Below, one piece after another: positions 49,953 to 63,296 of a DNA stretch of 64,000 nt; the stretch's first letter is position 1; the number at the start of each line of letters is the position of its first letter. Under the pieces are notes generated by a model. That model was given only the letters and a program-made list of their open reading frames with translations. It ran no database searches and was not told where the DNA came from. The position numbers and the translations under genes are program-made. Source of the DNA: Mobula hypostoma (lineage: Eukaryota); the NCBI RefSeq assembly GCF_963921235.1, contig NC_086097.1, positions 48,424,001 to 48,488,000 of the forward strand, written 5' to 3'.

Positions 49953-52203
49953 AAGTAAAAGATAACATTACTAATATCGGCAATGTTGCTGCGACGCACA
50001 GTATAATTACTGAGAAGTAAACCATTATCCTGGTATTTTAATCAAATGCTAGGATTTGAATAGGTTCCCATAAACTGATGCAGAATTGGTTTAGTCAGAT
50101 TAAGCCCTGTCTCCTTAACAGAAACTTCTATTTTCTATTTAGTAAAATTGTCTCTCAGATTTCTTACACCTTCCTGTGGTGGAGGATTCCATAACAAAGA
50201 GAATTCACTAAAATATGGCAATCCTTTCCCAGGCTGATGCCACACAGAATATTAGAACTCTGTATTGCCTCCAGAAATAGTTCACAATTTTAACTGTTAA
50301 CAATGCTTCCCTCACTGGCAGGCATCTAATGATAACTCATGGATGGGAAAGGGATTAGAGAGGTAAACATGAGGGAAATGGGCTCTAGATTTCATCCAAA
50401 GAATGTTGTTATTCTTAAAATGCACCTGTGCTTTGCTGTATGCAAATGTGGCATTGCCCATAGTCTTGTCCTGCTTGAAATACATCATGAATACATTACA
50501 CTGAAAATTCAAGCCTGCTTGTGAGATTGGATTCCATGCAAAGTATTACTCAGCACCTTGGTGTTTACCTTACATCAATTGCATTTGCCTTAGGTTTAAA
50601 AGAGACAGCATTTGCAAGAAGTTAACCTTTTCTTATTTCAGCAAAGGTAGATAGCTTTGCTCAACTTCTGCTTCAGTCCTGGTTGTGCCTGGTTCAAAAT
50701 TACTCATTCATCTCTCAGGAGATTATCGTAGGCAAATCATGCTGCATTTCTTCCAGCCACCATCCTACTAAATATTACATGAAGTATAATTAACCCATTG
50801 TTGGCCTTCAAGTCTGTCCACACTGCTGCAGTACCATACTAAGGACATGTTTTATTCTGTGGTTTAGAATTCATAAAGGTTGGACAACAGGGACTACTAG
50901 TTTATGAACAATAAATAATTGAGTGATGCCAGGTCACATAATTCACAAGTGCCGTTGGCAACAACAAGTAACATCCTTGAATAGTACCAAATGTTTCCTA
51001 TTTCATAAAACAGTGATTTCAGACATGTTCCTTGATTTGCTTTTTTCCTATTTCTGCAAATTATGACTAACATTTAAGACATGAAAGGGAGATGTAACAA
51101 TAGCTGTTTAGTTGTATCTTTGTCATTGCGCAACAGATCTGAAATTCGATGTGCAACGCTTTGTGAGCAATTCCACTTCTTCAATGCGACAGAAGAATTT
51201 TAAACAATTCTTGTATGCATGTGTAATCCATTGTGCAACCTCCTGTATGTACAATAGCTTTTCTATTAACTTTCAATTAACAGCTACATTCTCTCGTGTT
51301 TAAATTGAAATATCGTTTTTTTTTGTCAAGTGTAATCTTAAATAATTTAATAATTCAATTTTCTAAACGTGAAGGTTTGGGTATTGTGAGGGGTAAACTG
51401 AACTGTAAATTCATGGTTCTATGTGTTAGGGATGTAGTAATTAGCTGAATGTTGAATTTGGACATTCTCTGAAAGTGAGCTCCAATTATAAAATCATTAT
51501 TTGAGGTCAATGAGATGGGGACTACAACATTTGACATTCAGAAATATTCTTAAACAGCACATTTGCTGCAAAATTTACCCAGAGATTGAGAAGGAGGGAC
51601 TCAAATATTCTTCTTCGAATGAAAGGCAGGCAACTCTTAACAGATCCCCTAATTAAGTCACATTCTCAAAAATCAAACATCACTGCTGTCATTTCTGTAA
51701 TTTTGCTGAAAACATTTCAATTCAATATATATAACTTTTCATTTAAGAGGAATATCAACACGCACCAAAACCTGAGCCTTTGTACATCCCTCTGCAAATG
51801 AACCCTCAATTTCCTCATGGGGAGACCACAGTCTGTGCAGATTGGGAATAACACCTCCTCCTTGCTGATAATCAACACTGGCACTCCTCAAGAATGCGTA
51901 CTTAGTCCATTGCTCCACTCTCTCTACACCCACGATTGTGTGGCCAGGCACAGCTTAAATGCCATCTATAAATTTGCTGATTACACAACTCTTGTTGGCC
52001 GAATTTCAGATGGTGAAGAGGAGGTATACAGGAATGGGATATATCAGCTGGTTGCGTGGTGTCGCAGCAACAACCTTGCACTTAGCACCAGTAAGACCAA
52101 GGAATTGATTGTGGACTTCAGGAAGGGGAAGACGAGGGAACGCACACCAGTCCACATTGAGGGGTCGGATGTTGAAAGGGTGAGCAGTTTCAAGTCCCTG
52201 GGT

Positions 52204-54471
52204 TTTGGTTCCAGTGATCATAACACCGTTAGTTTCAACTTGATCATGGACAAGGATAGATCTGGTCCTAGGGTTGAGGTTCTGAACTGGAAGAAGGCCA
52301 AATTTGAAGAAATGAGAAAGGATCTAAAAAGCGTGGATTGGGACAGGTTGTTCTCTGGCAAAGATGTGATTGGTAGGTGGGAAGCCTTCAAAAGGGAAAT
52401 TTTGAGAGTGCAAAGTTTGTATGTTCCTGTCAGGATTAAAGGCAAATTGAATAGGAATAAGGAACCTTGGTTCTCAAGGGATATTGCAACTCTGATAAAG
52501 AAGAAGAGGGAGTTGTATGAAATGTATAGGAAACAGGGGGTAAATCAGGTGCTTGAGGAGTATAAGAAGTGCAAGAAAATACTTAAGAAAGAAATCAGGA
52601 GGGCTAAAAGAAGACATGAAGTTGCCTTGGCAGTGAAAGTGAAGGATAATCCAAAGAGCTTTTACAAGAATATTAAGAGCAAAAGGATTGTAAGGGATAA
52701 AATTGGTCCTCTTGAAGATCAGAGTGGTCGGCTTTGTGCGGAACCAAAGGAAATGGGGGAGATCTTAAATAGGTTTTTTGCGTCTGTATTTACTAAGGAA
52801 GCTGGCATGAAATCTATGGAATTGAGGGAATCAAGTAGTGAGACCATGGAAACTGTACAGATTGAAAAGGAGGAGGTGCTTGCTGTCTTGAGGAAAATTA
52901 AAGTGGATAAATCCCCGGGACCTGACAGAGTGTTCCCTCGGACCTTGAAGGAGACTAGTGTTGAAATTGCGGGGGGCCCGAGCAGAAATATTTAAAATGT
53001 CGCTGTCTACGGGTGAAGTGCTGGAGGATTGGAGAGTGGCTCGTGTTGTTCCGTTGTTTAAAAAAGGATCGAAAAGTAATCCGGGAAATTATAGACTGGT
53101 GAGTTTAATGTCAGTAGTAGGTAAGTTACTGGAGGGAGTCCTAAGAGACAGAATCTACAAGCATTTGGATAGACAGGGGCTTATTAGGGAGAGTCAACAT
53201 GGCTTTGTGCGTGGTAGGTCATGTTTGACCAATCTGTTGGAGTTTTTCGAGGAGGTTACCAGGAAAGTGGATGAAGGGAAGGCAGTGGATATTGTCTACA
53301 TGGACTTCAGTAAGGCCTTTGACAAGGCCCTGCATGGGAGGTTAGTTAGGAAAATTCAGTCGCTAGGTATACATGGAGAGGTGGTAAATTGGATTAGATG
53401 GAAGAAGCCAGAGAGTGGTGGTAGAGAATTGCTTCTCTGAGTGGAGGCCTGTGACTAGTGGTGTGCCACAGGGATCAGTGCTGGGTCCATTGTTATTTGT
53501 CATCTATATCAATGATCTGGATGATAATGTGGTAAATTGGATCAGCAAATTTGCTGATGATACAAAGATTGGAGGTGTAGTAAACAGTGAGGAAGGTTTT
53601 CAGAGCCTGCAGAGGGACTTGGACCAGCTGGAAAAATGGGCTGAAAAATGGCAGATGGAGTTTAATACTGACAAGTGTGAGGTATTGCACGTTGGAAGGA
53701 CAAACCAACATAGAACATACAGGGTTAATGGTAAGGCACTGAGGAGTGCAGTGGAACAGAGGGATCTGGGAATACAGATACAAAATTCCCTAAAAGTGTC
53801 GTCACAGGTAGATAGGGTCGTAAAGAGAGCGTTTGGTACATTGGCCTTTATTAATTGAAGTATTGAGTATAAGAGCTGGAATGTTATGATGAGGTTGTAT
53901 AAGGCATTGGTGAGGCCGAATCTGGAATATTGTGTTCAGTTTTGGTCACCAAATTACAGGAAGGATATAAATAAGGTTGAAAGAGTGCAGAGAAGGTTTA
54001 CAAGGATGTTGCCGGGACTTGAGAAACTGAGTTACAGAGAAAGGTTGAATAGGTTAGGACTTTATTCCCTGGAGCGTAGAAGAATGAGGGGAGATTTGAT
54101 AGAGGTATATAAAATTATGATGGGTATAGATAGAGTGAATGCAAGCAGGCTTTTTCCACTGAGGCAAGGGGAGAAAAAAACCAGAGGACATGGGTTAAGG
54201 GTGAGGGGGGAAAAGTTTAAAGGGAACATTAGGGGGGGCTTCTTCACACAGAGAGTGGTGGGAGTATGGAATGAGCTGCCAGATGAGGTGGTAAATGTGG
54301 GTTCTTTTTTAACATTTAAGAAAAAATTGGACAGATACATGGATGGGAGGTGTATGGAGGGATATGGTCCGTGTGCAGGTCAGTGGGACTAGGCAGAAAA
54401 TGGTTCGGCACAGCCAAGAAGGGCCAAAGGGCCTGTTTCTGTGCTGTAGTTTCTATGGTTCTATGGTTCTA
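52204..54471 (+). mobile_element. Young 2.27-kb 5'-truncated CR1 (most intact element in the window)
   Basis: Consecutive ORF2 pieces ([48 protein letters not shown]). (TTCTATGG)n tail. TSD tgggt at 52199-52203 and 54472-54476. Confidence 0.95.
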
Positions 54472-54569
54472 TGGGTGTCAACATCTCAGAGGATCAATCC
54501 TGGGCCCAAATTATTGATGCTATTACTAAGATGGCATGACAGTGGCTATATTTCACTAGGAGTTTGAGG

Positions 54570-55294
54570 TGTCATGTACCCCGTGACAGGCTAAAGATTC
54601 AGCAGAAATGGAAAACACTTTGGAGTCCAGTATTGCTATTAACTAATAATATTTATTAGTAACTACACAATACAGTTATATAAATGAAGGTATATCAAAT
54701 AGGTTAGCAATGATTATATATATAAATAAGTGTGGAAATATATGAAAACCGAGCTTCTTCGAGTCTAAGGGTAAATAGATAGTCTTATGATGATGGGTAA
54801 AATTCAGTTCAGTTCGTGGTATTGAGTTGAGTAGTGATGGGGAGAGAGAGAGAGATTTGAGTCTTCAGGTGAGCTGATGCCGTTGATCTTCTCGTTGTCC
54901 TCCAAAATCCTTTAGAAGTCACCGACTGTGACTATAACAAAGGGGACCCTTTTCTCACTGCGAGAGCCACTGATCAATCCTCCAAAACCTACCTTTTCTG
55001 TGGGCACAACAAAGCTTATTCAGTGTCCAAAACCATGTGTCTGCAGGTCTATCATCTGACCTTCTATTTATCTCACCGTGCTGAATACCAACTGTGTCTC
55101 AAGTAGCTCCTCCCTTCTCTCTCTGTAAGAATTTCCAAGCAGGCAGCGTCCTTCTAGAAAGTATAAACAAACTGTGAGCAGTCTTCGCCTCTCTCTCTTT
55201 CTTCCTCTTTCTTTTGACCAAGGTGTCTGTGTCCCACAACTCTCCCTTTCCTTTAGAAGCACAGTTCATAGGGATAATCCGGGACTCCGTCACA
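54570..55294 (-). mobile_element. Solo LTR (725 bp)
   Basis: TGT...ACA termini; 4-bp TSD gagg at 54566-54569 and 55295-55298; AATAAA on the minus strand near 54655. Confidence 0.8.
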
Positions 55295-55518
55295 GAGGAG
55301 AATTGATATGTCACCAAAGACGCTTGCAAATTTCAACAGATGTAGCATGGAGAGCATTCTAACTGGTTGCATCAACATCTGACATGGAGCGGCCATTGCA
55401 CAGGAGTGGAAAAAGCAGCAGAAAGTTGTAAACTAGATAAGCTCCAATATGGGTACTAATCTCCCCAGCATCCAGGACACTTTGAGAAGAAAATGCCTCA
55501 AAAAACAACATCCATCAT

Positions 55519-55840
55519 AAGACCATAAGACATAGCAGCAGAATTAGGCCATCTGGCCCATTGAGTCTGCTCCGCCATTTAATCATGGCTGATTCTTTTT
55601 TTTCTCCTCCTCAACCCCAGTTCCCGGCCTTCTCCCCGTAACTTTTGATGCCATGTCCAATTAAGAACCTATCCATCTCTGCCTTAAATACACCCAACAA
55701 CCTGGCCCCACAGCTGCATGTGGCAACAAATTCCACAAATTCACCACCCTTTGACTACAGAAATTTCTCTGCATCTCTATTTTGAAAGGGCGCCCCTCTA
55801 TCCTAAGGCTGTGCCTTCTTCTCCTAGACTCTCCCACCAT
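55519..55840 (-). mobile_element. CR1 3' end
   Basis: (TCTTATGG)n tail and C-terminal MVGESR..RNFCSQRVVNLWN. Confidence 0.9.
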
Positions 55841-57065
55841 GCGTGAAATGGGAGAGATGCGTTTGAGAGCAGAGTTGATGGTGGAGGAAGGGAAGCCCCT
55901 TTCTTTAAAAAAGGAGGACGTCTCCTTCGTCCTGGAATGAAAAGTCCCATCCTGAGAACAGATGCGGTGGAGACAGAGGAACTGCGAGAAGGGGATGGCA
56001 TTTTTGCAAGAGACAGGGTGAGAAGAGGAATAGTCCAGATAGCTGTGAGAGTCAGTAGGCTTATAGTAGACATCAGTAGGTAAGCTAGAGATAGAGACAG
56101 AGAGATCTAGAAAGGGGAGGGAGGTGTCAGAAATGGACCAAGTGAACCTGAGGGCAGGGTGAAAGTTGGAGGCAAAGTTAATGAAGTCAATCATCTCAGC
56201 ATGCGTGCAGGAAGCAGCGCCAATGCAGTCATTGATGTAGCGAAGGAAAAGTGGGGGACAGATACCAGAATAGGTTTGGAACATAGATTGTTCCACAAAG
56301 CCAACAAAAAGGCAGGCATAGCTGGGACCCATACGAGTGCCCATGGCTACACCTTTAGTTTGGAGGAAGTGGGAGGAGCCAAAGGAGAAATTATTAAGAG
56401 TAAAGACTAATTCCGCTAGACGGAGCAGAGTGGTGGTAGAGGGGAACTGGTTAGATCTGGAATCCAAAAAGAAGTGGAGAGATTTGAGACCTTCCTGATG
56501 GGGGATGGAGGTGTATAGGGACTGGACATCCATGGTGAAAATAAAGCAGTGGGGGCCAGAGAACTTAAAATCATCGAAAAGTTTCAGAGCGTGAGAAGTG
56601 TCACAAACATAGGTAGGAAGGGATTGAACAAGGGGGGATAAAACCGTGTCGAGGTATGCAGAAATGAGTTCAGTGGGGCAAGAGCAAGCTGAGACAATGG
56701 GTCTGCCAGGACAGGCAGGTTTGTGGATCTTGGGTAGGAGGTAGAAATGGGAAGTGCGGGGTGTGGGAACTATAAGGTTGGTAGCAGTGGATGGGAGATC
56801 CCTTGAGTGGATAAAGTCGGTGATGGCGTGGGAGACAATGGCCTGGTGCTCCTTAGTGGGGTCATGATCGAGGGGTAAATAAGAGGAGGTATCTGCGAGT
56901 TGTCGCTGTGCCTCGGCAAGGTAGAGGTCAGTGCGCTAGACTACAACAGCACCCCGCTTATCGGCGGGTTTTATAGTAAGGTTAGGATTAGTGCGGAGGG
57001 AGTGGAGAGCAGAGCATTCGGAAGGGGTGAGGTTGGAATGGGAACAAGGTGCGGTGAAGTTGAGA
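55841..57065 (-). mobile_element. Penelope-like element internal RT fragment
   Basis: IKPADKRGAVVV, MDVQSLYTSIPH, GVAMGTRMGPSYA, LRYINDC, LPFLD, YKPTDSHSYLDYSSSHP. Confidence 0.92.
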
Positions 57066-57146
57066 TTTTTGAGGGGAATGGTCACAGGGGTGCTTTGCTC
57101 TAACTGCTTATTTCCATTTCTCCTGACAGTCACCCAGCTACTCGCC
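57066..57146 (-). mobile_element. Short CR1 ORF1 fragment
   Basis: SWVTVRRNGNKQLEQSTPVTIPLKN resembles the CR1 ORF1 linker (W.TVRR...STPV.IPL.N). Confidence 0.55.
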
Positions 57147-57869
57147 TCTATCATTAAGGACCTCTATCACCCAGGATGTGTCCTCTTCTCATTGCTACCA
57201 TCAAGGAGGAGGTACACAAGCCTGAGGACACACACTCAATATTTCAGGAACAGCTTCTTCCCCTCCGCCATCAAAATCAGATTTCTGAATGGACAATGAA
57301 CCCATGAATACTATCTCAGTACTTTTCCCTCTCTTTTTGCATTACTTATTTAATTTAATTTAGTTTTAGTATATACTTCTTATTGTAATTTCAAGTGTTT
57401 TATTTTTATGTCTTACAATGCTGCAAAACAACAAATCTTATGACAGATGCCATTGATATTAAACCTGATTCTGATTCTGAAATCAATGTTTTTAGAATCA
57501 CTCTTTAGATGCTATGTGGTATAAATCCCAAGAAGTGCTCCTCTTCTGTCACTCCAGCTGTACCTCTTCATCATTCTTCATGTCATACCTGCTTTGAAGT
57601 GATGATCCAAATTTTCCTGCTGTGGCTTTCATGGATGTGTGGAGAGAGTGACACCGAACACTCTAAGGTAATAGTTAAGGATGGTTTGTTCTTGGCTGGT
57701 TCTCAAGGGCATAAGACTCAGCTCAGAAGCAAAAGTTCATATAGTTGATAGTGGGAGTCGGTGTGTTTAGTTAGTTTTAGAGTATACATACAGTATGAGG
57801 CAGTGGAATAATGTTACCTTTAAGGCTTCTTTCCTATTGTCATGCCTACTAATATTGACTGAGAAGATA

Positions 57870-58115
57870 TATGAATGGATTTACCAAAAGTTAACACACT
57901 GGGCACTCCCATGCTCTCTGTCCTGGAATATTTTTACATCCACCTGCTGGTTCAGATGGACATTGGTTTGATATCCCTGTGCAAGTCCTGTGCCTCAAGC
58001 TGTGAAACACATCGTTATTTCTACGTCATACCATCAGCCTAGATGTTTGTACTCCGGAGTGAGATTTCAACCCATAACCTTCAGAATTATAGATAAGAGC
58101 GCTACCAGCTGAGCC
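57870..58115 (-). mobile_element. Ancient tRNA-headed SINE (SacSINE/Deu-type)
   Basis: Minus strand has ggctcagctggtagcgctc...gaaggttatgggttgaaatctcactcc (A and B boxes), then ctaggctga...caggtggatgtaaaa. Confidence 0.6.
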
Positions 58116-59049
58116 GCAAATGACAATTTAAAAGAAAACCGCTTCTCCTTTAAGAGCTCTATTGTGCATAGACTTTTGCTTTCCAGCTCCTGAAAATGGA
58201 TAGCACATGCCTCTAGGAAATAAGAAGAAATCAATCACATTTGGACTTACTCTGTGTGTTGGTGTGGGAGGTGGGGGATGGGGTAGGGTAGTGGCATTGG
58301 TGTGGGGGGTGGGGGTGGGTTAGTAGCTTACATTTCACAAATTGCAAACAGCATGAGCAGGTGATGCCCAGATTCTTGGCTGCAGCATAACTGAAACCTT
58401 TGGGATACATTCTGACCAAGTACACTCTAGAATTTGGGAGTTGTTAAGAGCAGACTTACAGAATATATTTTAAATTTTAGCACTGCCAGACCACCCAGGC
58501 AGTGTAGCAGGAAAGCTCTACAGCAAGTTCAACATTTCCTAATTATTAATTTCAGACGTTGGTAAGCTATGAGCTTGAAGGTGAAGAAGTGAAGTCCAAG
58601 CCAACATTCAGCAAGTTTGAGATGGTTGGCAGGTTTGATAGATGCCTAGAAAAGACCTACATGGCATACAGATGTGAGACCAAATGCACGTTTACAATCC
58701 ACCGTATTCTCCTCCCCTCGACTATAATATGTTTAACTCTGGTTGCATGTTCCTCTATTCAATTCATCCTCAAGTGTTCATCTAGCCTTTAAGTTCATCA
58801 ACACACTCTGTTATCAATCAGCATTTATCCATTCTTAGAAATTTCAATGAAGTGTATGTGTGTGTATGTTGGCAGAAGGGATGCAAAAACTGTTCTCCAC
58901 CATAAGCTGCTCTGGTGGAATTTTGAAGAGAAGAGTGGGCTCTGATATGGCATTCGCTATGCAGGATAACAAATTGCATGGTGAAGGACGGGCATCAGGG
59001 TGCAGTTCGTATTATCAATTATATCAGTATTAGATCTTCATTGTCAAAG

Positions 59050-60130
59050 ATCCAAGTTCAAAGTAAATTTATCATCAAACTATATATATGTCATCATATG
59101 CTGCAGTGAGATTCATTTTCTTAAGGGCATTCACAGTAAATGCAAAGAAACACAATAGAATTAATGGAAAACTGCATACGAGACGGACAAACAACCGATG
59201 TGGAAAAGACCACAGATTTTCCAAATACAACAAAAAATGAAAAAACAAAAATAATAAGTAACTAAATAAATAAATATTAAGTCCTTGAGACTCAATAAAT
59301 AGATATTGAGTTATAGAGTCCTTGAAAGTGAGTCCATAGGTTTAGTGATGGTGTGAGTGAAGTTATCCACACTGGCTCATGAATCTGATGGTTGTGGGGT
59401 CACAAATGTTCCTGAACCTGGTGATGTGGGACCTGATGCTCTTGTACCTCCTTCCTGATGGCAGCAGTGAGAAGACAATATGGCTTGAATGGTGGGGGTC
59501 TTTGATGATAGATGCTGCTCTATTGTGACAGCAACCTGTGCAGATGTGGGGAATGGTGGGGAGGGCCTTTCCCGTAATGGACAGGGTGCTATCCACTAAT
59601 TTTTGAAGGCCTTTCTGTTCAAGGGTATTGGTGTTTCCATACCAGGCCATGATGCAACCAGTCAGTATACTCTCCATTGCACACCTATAGATGTTCGTCA
59701 ACGTTTTACATGACATGCCGAACCTTTTCAAACTCCTAAGAAAGTAGAGGTGCTGTAGTGCCTTCTTTGTAATGGCATTGATGTGCTGTGCCTAGGACAG
59801 ATCCTCTGAAATAAGTTGCTGACTGTCTCCACCTCTGGTCCGCTGATGAGGACTGGCTCCTGAACTTTCAGTTCCTTCCTTCTGCAGTCAGTAATCAACT
59901 TTTTGGTTTTCCAGATGTTGAGTGAATGGTTGTTGTTGTGGAACCGCTCAGTCAGATTGTCAGTCTCCCTCCTATATGCTGATTTTTCATCATCTTTGAG
60001 AGTTGTAGTCAATGAAGAGCATCTAGGTATTCCAGGGTTGAGTGAAGAGCCAATGGAATGGCATCTACCGTTGACCTGTTGTGACAGTAGGCAAATTGGA
60101 GTGGATCCAGGTCAGGTAGGTGTGGAGAAG
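59050..60130 (-). mobile_element. Rex1/Babar LINE 3' part with (TTTGAAC)n tail
   Basis: ORF 59363-59731 (YRCAMESILTGCIMAWYGN, FSLLPSGRRY). Confidence 0.9.
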
Positions 60131-60594
60131 CTGAGAACACATAGAGAAATGTTCACAGAGGTGAGTCTCCTGTGGGGATTTAGCAAATGTTAATTATAGA
60201 TACCTGCTCCTGGGTCCCTGGCAGAAATAATTCACAGCTTATCTGACTCAGGCCTTCATGAATCTATTGCTTCTATCACAGCACCCTGATTTGCTTATTA
60301 AAGAGACATATCTGGGAGTGTCTAAAATAAAAATAAACAAAAATACTCAGCAGTTATTTATGTTATATTTCCAGAATCTGCATTTGTTCTGCTTATGCCC
60401 CATTACAAGTGTATCTAACGGTGATATCAAGGAGCTGCAAGATCACCAAATCATTAGACAAGCCATTAGACTTTTAAATTCACAAGTCTGTACATTGCAA
60501 TAGAGTCATAACGCAAACGTTTTTACCCCCTCACGTTGTTAGATGGATGTAAGATTTAAATAAATTCTATTCAATCCCATGATACGGCATATGG

Positions 60595-61890
60595 CAATAT
60601 GATCAGGAATAGTCAGCATGGCTTTGTGAAAGGCAGATCATGCCTTACGAACCTGATTGAATTTCTTGAAGATGTGACATTGACGGTGGTAGAGCAGTAG
60701 ATATAGTGTATATGGATTTCAGTAAGGCATTTGACAGGGTACTCCATGCCAGGTTTATTGAGAAAGTAAGGAGGCATGGGATCCAAGGGGAAATTGCTTT
60801 GTGCATCCAGAACTGGCTTGCCCACAGAAGGCAAAGAATGGTTGTAGACGGGTCATATTCTGCATGGAGGTCGGTCACCAGTGGTGTGTCTCAGGGATCT
60901 GTTCTGGGACTCCTACTCTTCGTGATTTTTATAAATGACCTGGATGAAGAAGTGGAGGGATGGGTTAGTAAATTTGCTGATGACACAAAGGTTGGAGGTG
61001 TTGTGGATAGTGTGGAGGGCTGTCAGAGGTTACAGAAGGACATTGATAGGATGCAAAAATAGGCTGAGAAGTGACAGATGCAGTTCAACCCAGATAAGTG
61101 TGAGGTGGTTCATTTTGGTAGGTCAAATATGATGACAGAATATAGTATTAATTGCAAAGCTCTTGGCAGTGTGGAGGATCAGAGGGATCTTGGGGTCCGA
61201 GTCCATAGGACACACAAAGCTGCTGCACAGGTTGACTCTGTGGTTAAGAAGGCGTACGGTGCATTGGCCTTCATCAATTGTGGGATTGAGTTTAGGAGCC
61301 GAGAGGCAATGTTGCAGCTGTATAGGACCCTGGTCAGACCCCATTTGGAGTACTGTGCTCAGTTCTGGTCGCCTCACTATAAGAAGGATGTGGAAACGAT
61401 AAAAAGGGTGCAGAGGAGTTTACTAGGATGTTGCCTGGATTGGGGAGCATGCTTTATGAGAATAGGTTGAGTGAACTTGGCCTTTTCTCCTTGGAGCGAC
61501 GAAGGATGAGAGGTGACTTGATAGAGGTATATAAGATGATGAGAGACATTGATCGTGTGGATAGTCAGAGGCTTTTTCCCAGTGCTGAAATGGCTAGCAC
61601 AAGAGGGTATAGTTTTAAGGTGCTTGGAAGCAGGTATAGAGGAGATATCAGGGGTAAGTTTTTTACGCAGAGAATGGTGAGTGCGTTGAATGGGCTGCCG
61701 GCGATGGTGATGGAGGTGGATAACATAGGGTCTTTTAAGAGACTCCTGGATAGGTACATGGAGCTCAGGAAAATAGAGGGCTATGAGTAACCCTAGGTGA
61801 TTTCTCAGGTAAGGACATGTTTGGCACAGCTTTTTGGGCCGAAGGGCCTGAATTGTGCTGTAGGTTTTCTATGTTCTATGTTCTTCTATA
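60595..61890 (+). mobile_element. 5'-truncated CR1 LINE
   Basis: [44 protein letters not shown]; (TTCTATG)n tail. Confidence 0.95.
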
Positions 61891-63296
61891 TTCTAATTCC
61901 TACCCCAATACCACCAGATAAGACAGTGAGAAGCAATACCTTCATTTCAAAGTGCAGAGCTTTGAAGATGAATTGACAGTGTTTTGGATGTGAATTGTTA
62001 CAAATTACTGATTTATCAATATTCCATCAAACAGATAGATTGAAATTTATTTCAATAAACTGATTTGTTTATACAGTTTGCAACAACTCTATCTATCTTC
62101 AAACCCTTGGTGAAATTAGTAGTACTGTTTAACATGTTCTTTTCAGCAATAATGTTTCATAATAAGTGAAAACATTTTACTTTTTAAAAAATGTTCTGAA
62201 TCTTTGATGAGCACTCACAGTAAAGATTAACCCAAGTGGCAAGGTCAAGTAATAAGGAATATTGAGGAAGGCAGGTGGTAGTGAACTTAGAAACTGTCAG
62301 GAAAAACTCTGGACCTTAGGGTGAAATTGCTTTCTTAAGAAGTCACACTGCCAGTAAGTGGACAGCAATAGCTAGATGAGAGCTTTGTAGAACTGATATT
62401 TCCCAACAAATGGAGGTCAAAACAATAAAAGATATTCATTAACAATGGAACAGTTATGTTACGATGATCTATGTGCTACTGAATCATGAATGATCTATAT
62501 CTCTATTGGTGTGGAAAAAACGTAAATAAAAGGAAAAACAAAAGGCATAAATTCCATGAAATTTTCTGATAAGGATGATTTCACTTAAATTGAGTCCCCT
62601 GCCAGATTTGTGAAAAAAAACTGGAACAAATTGCTTTAGTGTGCAAATAAGATGCCAACGAGAATGTTTATGCACATGTAAATTGTACCATGCCTGCTGC
62701 TTCTGTTGCTGCCAATATCAGGTGCAGTAGATTAGTGTCTGCACTGGGAAGCGAGACAGCAAAGTTGTAAATTGCTTTTTGCTTCTGATAGTGTAAGGAA
62801 AACATCCAAAAGAAAGTTTACTGAGCTTCAATGTGCCTTGAGAACAGCTACGGGGCTCCTCAGTACCTTCAGGTTCGGATGAACCTTACTAGACATTAAT
62901 CATTGCTTTGCCAAGAACCACAATAACATTAAAAATTCCCTTTCGTCCTCAGCTAAGCTTCCCTGTGACTATCGTCAATAATCTGGTGTTGATGCTTTAT
63001 TTCTTTAATGAGATGTGGGTGTCACTGAGAAGGCAATATTAATTGACCACCTCTTACTGCCTATTTAGCTAAATGTGCCTCAGAAGTCTACTGAGAGACA
63101 ACTACATTTAGTGAGTCTGGATACCATACTGAACAGTGGTGCTAGATTTCCTTTCCTGAGGCAGTTCAGGGAAGCAAAGGAATTTTTACAAGGTAGCTGT
63201 GGTCATCATTACCGATATTATTTTTTAATTGCAGCTTATTTCATGAACCTAATTTAATTATTCAGTAAATGAGCCAATGCTTCAATTTATGTTATG

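Larger units (their letters stand above)
51755..57482 (+). mobile_element. Rex1/Babar LINE in four pieces (51755-52203, 54472-54569, 55295-55518, 57147-57482)
   Basis: RT motifs (NTGTPQECVLSPLL, KFADYTT, KTKELIVDFRK). The pieces rejoin across TSDs; tail cctgattctgattctga. Confidence 0.9.

Noticed and set aside
51817..52995. Longest ORF (392 aa) as a novel gene
   Set aside because: It is a chance in-frame read-through from Rex1 RT into an inserted CR1 at the TSD (52199-52203).
55661..56533. 290-aa ORF as a functional RT gene
   Set aside because: It is a truncated Penelope RT with the catalytic YIDD changed to YIND, fused to a CR1 end.
41860..58115. tRNA genes at 41860-41937 and 58040-58115
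   Set aside because: They are decayed SINE heads and no cloverleaf can be formed.
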